A stretch of DNA of 64,000 nucleotides from Eledone cirrhosa (lineage: Eukaryota): assembly GCA_964016885.1 (NCBI GenBank), contig OZ024750.1, positions 51,646,001-51,710,000 on the forward strand, written 5' to 3'. The notes below the pieces were generated by a model. That model did no database searches. It saw only the letters and a program-made list of their open reading frames with translations, and was not told the DNA's origin. The position numbers and the translations under genes were made by a program. This document shows positions 1 to 13,602 of this stretch, one piece after another (within the stretch, counting starts at the first letter, position 1; the number at the start of each line of letters is the position of its first letter).

Positions 1-43
<43 letters not shown>

Positions 44-214
44 AAATAAGACCGTTGATTGGCCTAATACGTAAACAAAACACACCTCAGAAAATCAAAA
101 TTGGAACCAACCCTAAACCCAAGCCAGATATAAACCAATCGTCTATAAGTCAACAACATAAGCTGGGTCACTCCTATAAACTTGACATGGCCCGCAGAAT
201 GTGTTCCTAGATTC

Positions 215-630
215 TCAGAACTTTCCGGTCGATTGATATTCCATAAGCATTGCTCAAATGATGTTGGCATCACCTTTAATGTACACCCAAGGCTTGGGTC
301 CCGTGCTATCCGCCCACAACAAAAATCTCACTCGCATCTCATAACAACAATACGGCACAATTATTTCACCTCAATTGACTCCGCTCTCTTTAACATTACA
401 CCAAAACACATTAAAACAGAAACAGACCCCATAAAGTTGTAGAAGTCTTTGGACAAATTCCTTCAAGAAATCCCGAACCTCTACATCCGGATATGTCTCC
501 GTAAATAATAACTCTCTACTTGAGTGGGCCATGGTGTCCAAATTCTGATTTGAAAGACTTCGCCATGTGGTGCTATTAAGTTAGACATGGCATGGGCCAA
601 TACTGGCTGAAACCTATAAAAGTTATACTT
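215..630 (+). mobile_element. 3' fragment of a CR1/L2-group LINE (RT C-terminus and 3' UTR)
   Basis: Translation HPRLGSRA...HNYFTS..ALFNITPKHIK...(stop)KSLDKFLQEIP resembles the LFN.LP..I....FK..LDKFL..IPD tail of CR1-group ORF2. Confidence 0.55.
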
Positions 631-696
631 AGCCCCAAACACCTTCCATATATGCTTTTAAACCAACCAGCGACTCACACAATCTACTGGAATGTA

Positions 697-736
<40 letters not shown>

Positions 737-737
<1 letters not shown>

Positions 738-875
738 CGAAGGAAATATGGTAAGGAACCAGGTGGACCATAACGCACCAACGTACTCAATACTTAGGGT
801 AGTAGAGTGAGTAATAGGAACGAGTAGGACCCCGACGAAACGGCTTGAGCTCAGCCGTCGGGGTCCTACTCGTTC

Positions 876-878
<3 letters not shown>
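737..878 (-). mobile_element. Fold-back mini copy of a PLE 3' end (family of 31535-33670)
   Basis: Reverse complement matches 33545-33670. Inverted arms aggaacgagtaggaccccgacg/cgtcggggtcctactcgttcct enclose the hammerhead 3' half GAAAcggc...gccGTC. (AT)n on both sides. Confidence 0.75.
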
Positions 879-906
<28 letters not shown>

Positions 907-1070
907 AATAAATAATCGAGAATCGGAATCTCGGCCCACGAAATCACGAAACACAATCTTCGAAATGTGTGGCAGAGGGCTCAATAGTTTTGGTAAACCA
1001 GAGCTATAACTATCGTTTAAATACCAACAGATAGAGACAAAGCTCATATATATATATTATATATATATAT

Positions 1071-1264
1071 AATTCGTTTTAGAATTTGTTTTGCGAGATT
1101 TCTTATCTGAAAACGTGTGTTGAAACAGATATTCTTATACTTTGGGAGGGTCATGCTGCCAATAAAACACAGGCACCTGTTGGATTTCACTTCATTTGTC
1201 TGAGCATTGCATCTTTTCTGTGTGTGGATATCCACACACAGAAAAGATGTAATGCTCAGACAAA
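1071..1264 (-). mobile_element. PLE-type 3' end (family of 34091-34688 and 43635-43910) followed by a 70-bp palindrome
   Basis: Shared string tatactttgggagggtcatg(c/t)tgc. Palindrome 1195-1264 is centred on ggatatcc with one mismatch. Confidence 0.7.
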
Positions 1265-1440
1265 CTACAGGGGCAACAAATATAAACGAACTCCAACGAA
1301 AAGTAAACAGAAAACATGAGTGGAATAACAACATCACAACTAGTAATGAAGGTCAAAATGAAAACATACAGACACACAAAATAACCAAACTAACAAAACA
1401 AATCAGACACACACAGGTAGAACAAACAAACAACTAATAA

Positions 1441-1800
1441 GGCCCCTCTGATCGCATTTAGATCAGGATCACCGTTCCTTCCAATCACTCCTTTCCAAGT
1501 GATCAGTGCCAATATGTGCACTGGGGTCTCCCATAAAGATCTATTGCTCGGGCTTAATTATTCCTAACGTTGCAGTTCTTTCATCAAGGAAGGATCTGTA
1601 TTCATGACTCAAATTCTCTTTCTCAACCGGGGACTTGTGAGTATCCCTAGTCCCGCTATCATTTCTGGCACCACACCTTCGTCCAAATCTACCAGAGCCT
1701 CGGAACCTTCTTGAGGAAACCCCGACCCTATCTAGCCGATAACATCTGGCGTCCTCCACTAATTACAGCCCCTTACCTGTAACGGTTATAACTTTGTAAT
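1441..1800 (-). mobile_element. Degenerate AP-endonuclease fragment of an RTE-clade (Rex3/Expander-like) LINE
   Basis: Minus-strand peptides EDARCYRLDRVGVSS..GSG and IFMGDPSAHIGTD / WKGVIGRNGDPDLN match RTE endonuclease motifs; frameshifted. Confidence 0.65.
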
Positions 1801-2340
1801 TAACAATTGTTAAAGTTTGCTCACTTCTGAACACTCACAGGAGCGCAGGCCCATAGCCAGTTTTTACGACGTTGACCGAAGACTGCAATCGATGGAGCCC
1901 TTCTAGCTAAAGCCTGAACACATATCTTGTTACCCTATGCGAAGAAAGATGCAGTATGTTTGCTTTTGTCCATATTGCAGTTTTTGATGATCTTATTTAC
2001 TCCAGTCAGTAATTTGCTAATTTTCTCTTGAAGACTAGTTTTTTTAAGAAGCGGCCTTTACTCGTCTCCCCGTAATTACATCGCTGACTTTAAAGAGTTT
2101 ATAGCATTTTTTACAGCTAACAGTATCACCCATTGCTCCATCTGCCCTAGCAGCTTACCTTGTTGCTCCAGTATTGCTTATTTTTCCAACAGGGACCCAC
2201 ATACACCCGAACAACTATATCTAGATAAAGCCACACTTAGCAACAACCTAGATAATATTGTGGTATCAATTATTTTATAGTACCTTATCTATAAATTGAG
2301 ACAGATAAAATGCTATACTTTATATTTATCAAACACATAC

Positions 2341-2491
<151 letters not shown>

Positions 2492-2515
2492 GTATGTATA
2501 TATGTATATATATAT

Positions 2516-2692
2516 AGAAGTGGTTACACAACAGTTAGTTAACCATACTGAGGACAATTGTTTCACCTTAGCGGATCCTCAGCTTGTAACGGCCTCGGTA
2601 TGGTGAACTAACTGTTGTGTAACCACTTCTACCTAACTCGTCCCATGGACTGAGTGCTCTACCACTACGGATATTAGCTTCCAGTGTTCTAC

Positions 2693-2697
<5 letters not shown>
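2516..2697. mobile_element. Fold-back mini PLE-type element with 3' tail
   Basis: 38-bp inverted arms (agaagtggttacacaacagttag.../...ctaactgttgtgtaaccacttct), hammerhead in the loop, tail with tgagtgctct, (AT)n on both sides. Confidence 0.7.
2550..2585 (-). ncRNA. Minimal type I hammerhead ribozyme motif
   Basis: aag-CTGAGGA-tccgctaaggt-GAAA-caattg-TC-ctc; palindromic helix III (acaattgt), GUC cleavage triplet, short helices I and II. Confidence 0.65.
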
Positions 2698-2732
<35 letters not shown>

Positions 2733-2736
<4 letters not shown>

Positions 2737-3464
2737 TTAATTATGCTAATTGGGAGAGGAAATGGTATATATTATATCTAGTGATTCTAAAGACATATTT
2801 TATGATATATAGCTCTGATTGTTTAATTTATTAATTTTTCATTGAGCCACAACGTGACCTGTTGCAAAACACATATATATCTATGACTTTATATATATAT
2901 ATATATGTAAACCTTTATATGTAATAATCTCCCGTTAGGTTGAGATACAATTTGGCGATATTAGGCTGCGCTTTCTAGCATTAAGCCTACCCGCTGTAAG
3001 CAACTAATCACATCCTTTCTAACTTGACCGCTGTCACGTCACGATTCTTAGCCATTTTTGAATGTATTTTTGGCGTGATCACTTTGGAAAATTAAATGTC
3101 TAATTTTGAGTTCGCTTCTGATGATTCCGAAACTCTAGACATTCCGTTATCGGATGTCTTAAAATACGGATGAAACCATGGTAGAGATAATTTGGTATGT
3201 ACACGATTCTTCTAAGTTCAATTTTTACACCTTATGGTGTTTGGTTGACTGTATATCTGGTCGATTTTTACATGCTGTCGAAATGTTAGATAAATAATCT
3301 ATCGTTGCCGCCGCGAAGGAGCTGCTTTCGGTTGTTTGTCGGAGATTTCTTCATAGAAGCCTTTATTCTTATAGCTTTGTCTAATTGATTTTTTATATGG
3401 TTAATTATGCTAATTGGGAGAGGAAATGGTATATATTATATCTAGTGATTCTAAAGACATATTT

Positions 3465-3471
<7 letters not shown>
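2733..3471 (+). mobile_element. Hammerhead-bearing element with 75-bp terminal direct repeats
   Basis: atggttaattatgctaattgggagagg...attttatgat is present at 2733-2807 and 3397-3470; hammerhead in between; (AT)n flanks. Confidence 0.55.
3115..3186 (+). ncRNA. Type I hammerhead ribozyme motif
   Basis: ctt-CTGATGA-ttccg...agacattcc/ggatgtct...cggat-GAAA-ccatgg-TA-gag; palindromic helix III accatggt. Confidence 0.7.
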
Positions 3472-3510
<39 letters not shown>

Positions 3511-3705
3511 ACTAGAAATTGATTAACATATAAATAAACATATGAAACAATCACAGGGGATAATTTTTACAAGTGTATAAGCACACATAGCTAGGTAGGT
3601 AACTAAATAAAGTTAACTAGAACTTCAAAAATAGATACCTTATAATATGATTAATCTTCCCTGTATATATTCCATTAAAGAAATATATTTCACCAATTAA
3701 TCGAA

Positions 3706-3910
3706 TGGTAAACACGACAGGTTTGCGGTTGTACCCCTGGCAGTGGAGACTTCTGGTGTCCTCGGCTCTAGGGCTACCTCCCTACTCACCACCATAGGCG
3801 CTGAGCTCGCCAGCCGCAGGTGTGAACCCCGCGAGTTGGAGTGGCTTTCCCAGTGCGTCTCCCTTGCCGTCCTCCGGGGAAACGCCTTCTCCATCCTGTC
3901 AGCCGGAGCT
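3706..3910 (+). mobile_element. 3' fragment of a CRE-clade non-LTR retrotransposon (RLE endonuclease end)
   Basis: FAVVPLAVETSGVLGS...WLSQCVSLAVLRGNAFSIL matches the P.A.ET.G / QR.S.A.QRGNA C-terminal motif of CRE elements; GC-rich island. Confidence 0.75.
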
Positions 3911-4334
3911 GGGGGGGGGGGGGGGCATCGCGTAACATTCCATAACTATGTGCACTATCATATACATGTGCAAATAGTTTTATTTTATTATTTTTATTAT
4001 TTAAATAAATAGTAAAAGAAAACAAAATAGGCGAAAAAAGTTGCTGAAATATTTGACGTTGATAAACATACATAATATATTTATAACTAAAAGACAGATT
4101 GTTTATTAAGCTTTATGGCTTCAACAACTCACAAGGTCATCCTCCTTTACAATACAAACACACACATCACGTCAGTTGTTATAGAACACCAAACTACACT
4201 ACATCCTTTATAATACAAACACACATATAAGTGACAACTAGATCTATTACTTTATCGAAACTGGCAATACATAATATATATTTTTTATCTATATTTATCC
4301 CTAATTAACACTTTTTACAATTTATAATTTTTTT

Positions 4335-4465
4335 TTAATTTTACATTTTTTTAATTTTTACATTTTTTTTATTTTTACATTTTTTTACTTTTACATTTTT
4401 TTAATTTTTACATTTTTTTAATTTTTACATTTTTTTAGTTTTTACATTTTTTAGATTTATACGTT
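4335..4465. repeat. About 17-bp minisatellite (ttttacattttttttaa)
   Basis: About 7 tandem copies visible. Confidence 0.85.
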
Positions 4466-4833
4466 TTTGTTAATGTAGTTTTTCGGTAATGTATTTTTCA
4501 AAATTCATTTTTGTTCATTTACTTAACATTACATTCAACCCAACTTTCATTACTTTTTATAAATAAGTATAACTTCCTTCACCTCCACACAACATATCTA
4601 TTGTACCCTGATCTTCTCTACCGTCACACTTAGCTGGTTTCGGCCAATACACACACAATTTATTGCCACCACAAACTGTGTATTTTATGTTGAATCTTAC
4701 GAGCAGATCAATACTGGATCGTGTCCATAACTTCTATGGGCGACCTTGAGCAAATATTCTCCGAAACGCGCGTAACAGATCAATGCACAATAAAAACGCA
4801 AATATATGTAAACAAAACTTCATACCTTTTCTT

Positions 4834-4870
<37 letters not shown>

Positions 4871-4955
4871 CTGTGTGTATGTGTGTATTATGTGTGTATA
4901 TATATATATGTATATATGTATATACATGCATATATATATATGTGTGTGTGTGTAT

Positions 4956-5005
<50 letters not shown>

Positions 5006-5107
5006 ATACATGCATATATATATATGTGTGTGTGTGTGCGTGTATGTGTGTATGTATGTATGCATATATGTGTATATATATATGTATATATGCATATGTA
5101 TATACAT

Positions 5108-5181
<74 letters not shown>

Positions 5182-5194
5182 ATATATAAATAAT

Positions 5195-5373
5195 TGTTTC
5201 TACTTTGGGCACAAGGCCGACAATTACTTCAATACATTACTGGTACTTTATTTTATCGACCCCGTAAAGACGAAAAGCAAAGTTAACCTCGGCGGGATTT
5301 GAACTCAGACCGTAAAGGACCATAACTCTATGCTGTAAAGCATGGCGTCCGACCTTCTACCAATACTGCCAAT
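5195..5373 (-). mobile_element. tRNA-derived SINE (Nin-domain type)
   Basis: Reverse complement contains the B box gagttcaaatcc followed by a ttacggggtcgataaaataaagtaccagt core. Confidence 0.85.
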
Positions 5374-5462
5374 AATAATGAGAAGGAAGGAAGAATCATC
5401 ATTAGAAACTTAATGATACTTTCACACCTCCTTCCTACTTACTATTATTATTAACACTGAAC

Positions 5463-5642
5463 GGTGGATTGGCAGTATCGGTTGAGCATCAGACCTTGCA
5501 GCATAGAGTTACGTCCCTTTACAGTCTGAGTTCAAATCCCGCCGGGGTTAGCTTTGCCTTTCATCCTTACGGGGTCGATAAAATAAAGTACCAGTAATGC
5601 ACTGGGTAATTGCTGGCCTTGTGCCAAAAGTAGAAACAATTA
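5463..5642 (+). mobile_element. tRNA-derived SINE (Nin-domain type)
   Basis: A box tggcagtatcgg, B box gagttcaaatcc, core cctttcatccttacggggtcgataaaataaagtacc, 3' end ggccttgtgccaaaagtagaaac. Confidence 0.9.
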
Positions 5643-5663
5643 TTAACACTCTGCTAATAAAAG

Positions 5664-5770
5664 AGACCTACCATACTATATAACTAAATATACCACATAC
5701 TATACTACAACAGACCTACCGTACTATACTACACTAGACCTACCATACTATACTACAACAGACCTACCTC
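5664..5770. repeat. About 24-bp minisatellite (agacctaccatactatactacaac)
   Basis: 4-5 tandem copies. Confidence 0.75.
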
Positions 5771-5894
5771 TATATGGAGTGCTCAAGTTGGTGAACCTAT
5801 TGTAACGTAAAGTTACAAACCATTAAACTTGTTATGTGTGTGCATGCGTGCGTGTATATGTGTATGTGAATGTGTGTGTTTGTGTGTGTGTGTT

Positions 5895-5962
<68 letters not shown>

Positions 5963-6043
5963 CATGTATGTGTGTGTATGTGTGTGTATGTGTGTGTGTG
6001 TCTGTGTGTGTGTGCGTGTGTGCGCGCGCGTGTGTGTGTGTGT

Positions 6044-6260
6044 GAAATTCGTGATCCCAACGGCTGAGCTCTTGTGCAGTTTCAACAGCAAGTTCCAAAC
6101 TGAAACGTCGGTGATTCAGCTCAGATCTAGTTGTTGAAACGGCAGAAGGTCAGCCGTCGGGGTTCCGAATTTGTTCATATTACCCACTCTACTACCCCAA
6201 CTATCGAGTACTCTGCTGAGTAATGGTATAATTGGTTTTTACTGTATTCATTCTGATTTA
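6044..6260 (+). mobile_element. Diverged fold-back PLE 3' end
   Basis: gaaacggc...gccgtcgggg and ctactaccccaa..gagtactct are shared with 33545-33625; imperfect inverted arm at 6044-6085. Confidence 0.6.
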
Positions 6261-6577
6261 TATACGTATATATATATATCCTTCTGCACAGTTTCCATCA
6301 ACCAAATTACAAAAACAAGATCTCCCGAGGTAGCACGCTGCAAGTTAGGGCCTACCGTCCCAGAAATCCAGAGTAAGCTATTACCGAATGAACCCCAAGT
6401 TGCATAAAAACCAGCAGAGTCTTCTTTCCCGTGAATCCGAGATGGAAGAAAATTCAAGTAAAATGGTGATGTAAAGAGAGGTAAGTCAGCAGAAAATGAG
6501 ATAAGCGTATCTGAGTTATTTCCCTTCCCACATAGCGTTACGCGTCATGTTCTAGTTTACCAATGTTTACGTCTATT

Positions 6578-7340
<763 letters not shown>

Positions 7341-7529
7341 GTGTGTATGTATAGAAGTACATTGTTAGATTACAGTGTTATGTAGTATTGGTATCGATCG
7401 CATAATCGATAACTGAAGATCTAATTTAAGAAGTGAGAGTAACAGAGTGGGGGAGGGGGCGACACTGATTTCTTCTTTGACACTGTAGATGTATTTTCTC
7501 TCTCATTTCATCAGGTGACTTTTTACTGC

Positions 7530-7843
7530 TTATCATCATCATCAGCTTCATTAACCTCCTTCTCATCATCATCAACATCATCAACGTCATTATCATCGTT
7601 GACTTTGTCATTAACATCATTATCATCATCATGAGCAACATCATCATAATCGTCATCATTATCATTATCATCATCATCGTCGAAGTCGTCGTCACCACTA
7701 TCATCATCATCATCATCACCATCATCGTCAGTCTCCTCATGCCCAACACCACCATCATCATTACCACCACCACCACCACCACCACCACCATCATCATCAC
7801 CATCACCACCACCACCATCATCATCATCACCATCATCACCACC

Positions 7844-7874
<31 letters not shown>

Positions 7875-8202
7875 GCCGCCTCCTCACCACCACCATCATC
7901 ACCATCATCATCATCATCAGCCTCCTCATCACCACCACCACCATCATCATCAGCCTCCTCATCACCACCACCATCATCACCATCATCATCATCATCAGCC
8001 TCCTCATCACCACCACCATCATCACCATCATCATCACCATCATCACCCTCATCACCACCATCACCATCATCACCATCACCATCATCATCAGCCTCCTCAT
8101 CACATTGCCATTATCACCATCATCACCCTCGTCATCACCATCATCAACATTATCACCACCATCATCATCATCAGCCCCCTCCTAGTCATCATCATCATCA
8201 TC
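7530..8202. repeat. (CAT/CAC)n trinucleotide low-complexity tract
   Basis: Seen directly; the poly-M/V and poly-I/T ORFs are artefacts of it. Confidence 0.95.
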
Positions 8203-8299
8203 ACGATCCTGATAACAAGACTGCTTTCTGTAAAGGCAATAACAATTCTGGCCATTTACCGTCTAACAGGCTATCAAAATACATATATACATACAGACA

Positions 8300-11200
8300 G
8301 ACAGTCAACGTAATCAGTCGCATATTTTGGCGTGGGAGACTATTCATTAAATTTAAGATGAATACTATCTCCGACAGTAATGCCACAACTACAGCCAGGT
8401 TGAATAACTGGTTATTCTTCTAACTATATCCACTGAAGACACCTTTTATTCGAATTCGTAGAGATATCCGACTAAATACATAATTCATTTCACAAGGATT
8501 TGCTACAAACAGCATGGCTGAACACAACATCAACAACAACAACATCAGTGGAATACCGAAGAAAAACGAGAAAGGTAAACAAAATTTATTGAGTTGTAGC
8601 TACAGAAGAAACCGAAATTATAAATCGCATTTCTCTTGGAGTTGCGAACTTAATAATGATTTATTTAATTGTTATAAAATGGCAAAAAACAACCCCTCCA
8701 TTGGCTATATGAACAGAATGAAGCTACACTGGGACGAAATACACCCAGAGCTAAATTATTTATACAGTGAAACAATTACGCCAACAAACGACGTTTGTTG
8801 AACGTAAAAATAAGATAAATATTATTAATTGTAAGTCCCCCACAACAAACATGGAATCAACAACACGTGCTACAGGTCGCCATGCTACTAGACTTCCTAG
8901 CAGCCAGGTCGAACAGTGCCTTGAAACAACTATGCCTGTTAGAAACTTAACACCACGTGTACCATCTAAGTCTACCTCGAATGCTGGGGAAAACACTATC
9001 GATAATAATAATAATCAAAGAAATAATAATAATAATCGAAGAAATAATAATAATAATCGAATAAATGTGACACCACGTATGCCATCCGAGTCTACCTCGA
9101 CTGTTGTGGAAAATACCATCGATAATGATAATAATCAAAAGAATAAACAATTGAAAATTTCTCTCAACGAAATCTTCCAGGGAGATATTTAATTCATGTA
9201 TAAATATCTCTCTTGCTGAACGTATTAAAACAACAATATTTAATTTAAAAAAAACAACAAATAATGATATATCACGTGTTATTGACGAAATAGGGGATGA
9301 ATATTTACGACGGATGAAAACCCCAACATTTTGGCAAATCAACGCCTGTTTATATGCCTTAGCAACGACGGATAGCAGAGATATTAACAAGAACAAAACA
9401 CCACCAAAAATACCATCATATATAACTAAAATGGAAAAAAAGATTGCTGACCTACGAAAAACCATAGGACATGTGACAATACTCCTTACATGCAAACAAA
9501 CACAAAAAAACCTCACTCCTCACCAAAAAAGAATGAAAAATAAGATAGGGACGATGTTTGGTAACAGTAGAACCAGAACTCTCCAATATCACCCTCAAAC
9601 TAGAATTGAGAGCTGTTAGCGAAAAACGCCGATATCTGGAGAAGGTAGATGAAAGAAAAGTTCTTATTAAAAGATTCAGACGAAACCAAACATCAGTCTA
9701 TAGAGTTATGAAGGGCAGAATAATAAGTGTCACTGAGGCCCCATCCCAGAAAGACATAGATTCCTTTTGGAGAAAAATATGGGGTGAACAGAAGAATTTC
9801 AACCAAGATGCAGTATGGCTAAAAGAAATCAAAAAGAACTATTGTTCCTACACTACAACAAAAACATACGAAATAAGTGAGGGTACCCATGAGACTGAGA
9901 TAGGAAAACTCCAAGATAAGAAAACACCAAGAAGAGACATGATTGTCGGCTACTGGTACAAAAAGCTGATATTCTATAGGAGGTATCTTACCGACCTCTA
10001 CCAACAAGTTCTTAGAGGAGATACACTTATACCAGAATGATTGACAATAACACAAACATTACTGGTCCCCAAGAACAAAGACACCCACCCGGCAAAAAAC
10101 TACCGACTCATTGCATGCCAGAACCTGATGTATAAGATGTAGACAGCCTGCCTCAACCTATTCCTTCAAGATCACTGTGAAAATAATAACATCATCACAG
10201 ATGAACAAGCAGCTGGAAAGAAAGGGGTTTGGGGATGTGCTGAACAACTCCTAATCAACAAAACTGCGAACTCGGAGGTGCGACAACTTAGGAGGAATAT
10301 GGCTACAGTCTGGCTGGACTACAGGATGAAGAAAATTCTTGACCTGGTTAAAACATTCTCAAAGAAAATTTTAATGGAGTTCGACCACGATAAATGCTCA
10401 TATGACTGTAAAGCGGGGAAAAACAACAACCCAATCTAGCAACATTCGTATCAATGCCTAACTTTTTCGCCAATATCTGATGAGGGCTGCCACAGATACC
10501 TAGGGATAGATGAGAACATATCCTATAATGGTATCTGTAATAAGGAACGCGTAACCAGGGAATACTACACCCGATTACGAAAGATATGGTCATCGGAACT
10601 CTCTGCGCAAAACAAAACAGTGGCTCACAATGTGTTTGCTGTGTCTGTCCTAACACCAACTTTTGATACTCAATGTGTTTGCTGTGTCTGTCCTAACACC
10701 AACTTTTGATACTCAATTGGACGATAGACGAAATCCGAGGAACTGATGTTAGAACTCGAAAAATACTAAACAACACCGGAAACTTCTACATCAACTGTGA
10801 CATAGACCGCCTTTACTTGAAACGTAAGTAGGGAGGCAGAGGCCTAACATCAGTCCAGACAGCATTTGAATGTCGCATCATATCCCTCCGACAACATCAA
10901 CGAACCTCGAAGCGTAGGAACCCGTTTCTCGAGCAAGTCTATCTGCATGAAACAGATAAGATCATGAGAGTTGGGAGAGAACTTCTCAAGAGCTATTCCC
11001 TGTGTGATAATCAAAATCTCACACCCAGGGAAGTCGCTCAGCAGTATCGCAGTGAATCCATGGATGAAAAACTGCATGCTTATCAGCAAAAAATCATGCA
11101 TGGATTCGTTGCCAGGAAGCTCCAGAGTGAGACTAATATAGATAAAGAGTGTAGTCTATCTTGGACCAACAACCGCTATATTGGCTCCCACTTTGAAGGA

Positions 11201-12090
11201 TACGCTTTTCCAATCCAAGAACAGGAGATTAACACGAAATACCTGATTCACAAAACAGATAGGGATGGAAGCAAAACACCTAGATGTGATAACAAGTGCA
11301 GACTCTGCAGAATTAACATCGAAGGTGTCACCCATGTCATCAGCAGCTGTCCAAAGATGTCATCGCGGTACTATCTACCTATGAGGCATGATGTAGTGGC
11401 CAAAATACTGTACAATGCAATCCGTAGAAAAGATAACCCCGATAATAAACACATTAAAAGCTACAACAATGTGGAAGATATCCATGTACATAATATGAAA
11501 GAATACTGGTGGAATGTTCCAGTAAAAACTCCAATAAAATGCAGGCATAACAGACCAGATATTATGATATGGGACAGGAAAAGAAGGCATGCACAGTAGT
11601 AGAAGTTAGCTGTCCAACAGATGCCAATATAATATCAAAGATTAGCGAAAAAATTATGCAGAACTGATGAGAAATCTGCAGATACTCCACCCTGATTATA
11701 CCTCTAGATTTATGCCTGTGATTATTGGGGCACTGGGGTATGTTAGTAACTGCCTCAATACAAATTTTGAGAAGCTGGGCTTCACAGGAACAGAAAGAAC
11801 ACAACTAGTTAGGAAATTACAAGTACAATCCATTAATGGAACAGTAAAAATATGTAAAACATTCCAAAAGTGTTGCATCTAATAACTGCATATACACATG
11901 CACACATACAACTCAAAACATACACATCCACACATACAATAACATCCATATCTACACATGCAGACATGCATACATAATCTACCTAGTTGATGTTATGTAA
12001 ATTCCAATGAGAGAGTCTGGTGTCTATGTTAGAAATCAACTCTCTCTCTCTATTGGTAAACAAGTTGTGAAATTATAAAACCAGAAGAAT
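8300..12090 (+). mobile_element. Near full-length, disabled R4/Dong-clade non-LTR retrotransposon (RT + CCHC + RLE)
   Basis: FWRKIWGE, EQAAGKKGVWGCAEQLLINK, TVWLDY, GGRGL, IQEQEINTKY, CRLC..THVISSC, HNRPDIMIWD, VEVSCP, PVIIGALG. Stops, frameshifts, loss of the RT YxDD region near 10325 and a 43-bp tandem duplication near 10630. Ends in (TACA)n. Confidence 0.85.
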
Positions 12091-12169
12091 ATACATACAT
12101 ACATACATACATACATACATACATACATACATACATACACATGCATATATGTATATACATATATGCACA

Positions 12170-12345
12170 TTTTTGGATGGCAATTGACTTATATGAGCTC
12201 TTCCTTTTTGTCCTGCAGGGTGTCCAAAATCACCCTCCTCGCCAAGTAAACTTGGTTGGGTTGCCGGTTTAGTCGCCGATGACCCGACGATGTGACAGGT
12301 TGTACTGGGTTACATGTTACCAGTAGCATTCAAGAGTGACCCGAC
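12170..12345 (-). mobile_element. 5' end of an RTE-like element abutting (CATA)n
   Basis: Homologous to 14020-14215 and more distantly to 36204-36300. The RTE assignment is inference from 5' UTR resemblance. Confidence 0.5.
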
Positions 12346-12454
12346 ATACATACATACATACATACATACATACATACATACATACATACATACATACATA
12401 CATACATACATACATACATACAAACAAGGAAATGTGCGCATGATAACGTAAATA

Positions 12455-13068
12455 AATACATACATATTTATACATACATATTTATACCTACATATTTATG
12501 CATACGTATTTATACATATTTATACATACATATTTATACATACGTATTTATACATACATATTTATACATACATATTTATACATACATATTTATACATACG
12601 TATTTATACATACATATTTATACATACATATTTATACATACATATTTATACATACATATTTATACATACGTATTTATACATACATATTTATACATACATA
12701 TTTATACATACATATTTATACATAGGTATTTATACATACATATGTATACATACATATTTATACATACGTATTTATACATACATATTTATACATACATATT
12801 TATACATACATATTTATACATAGGTATTTATACATACATATTTATACATACGTAGTTACACATACGTATTTATACATACATATTTATACATACATATTTA
12901 TACATAGGTATTTATACATACATATTTATACATACGTATTTACACATACGTATTTATACATACATATTTATATATACGTATTTATACATACGTATTTATA
13001 CATACGTATTTATACATACGTATTTATACATACATATTTATACATACATATTTATACATACATATTTA
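12455..13068. repeat. 14-bp satellite (tacatacRtattta)
   Basis: More than 40 tandem copies. Confidence 0.9.
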
Positions 13069-13086
13069 CACACACACACACACATA

Positions 13087-13138
<52 letters not shown>

Positions 13139-13390
13139 ATCATATGTCTATGTAGCAATATAAACTTAACTAAATTAGATTTGATCAAATCCAATATATA
13201 CTGCTCTTATTCCCATTCCCCAACCAATCCCATCGACCTACAATTTCCGGAAGACGTCTTCCGGTCATCAATTGCCCAATTGTGGCCGTGATTGGCTTCA
13301 TTTTTCAGATTGACCAATTAAATATGACCGATCTACATAGCATTCTCAATGATATACACTGTTGTATATACACATATTCTCTCCCCCCCT

Positions 13391-13487
<97 letters not shown>

Positions 13488-13602
13488 CATATATATATAT
13501 ATACATATATATATATACACACGCACATATATACATACATACATACATACATACATACATACATACATACATACATACATACATACATACATACATACAT
13601 AC

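Noticed and set aside
5463-5545. tRNA genes at A/B-box sequences
   Set aside because: Box spacing is too long, there is no cloverleaf, and the SINE core always follows.
6292-6480. Possible 189-bp host exon (cag| ... |gtaagt)
   Set aside because: Stop codons in all three frames; a non-coding exon cannot be tested without RNA data.
7426-8185. 225-aa Met/Val-rich and 184-aa Ile/Thr-rich ORFs
   Set aside because: Products of a (CAT/CAC)n tract, with no domain.
8300-8420. HDV-like ribozyme at the R4 element 5' end
   Set aside because: Only a long hairpin is visible; the nested double pseudoknot could not be fitted.
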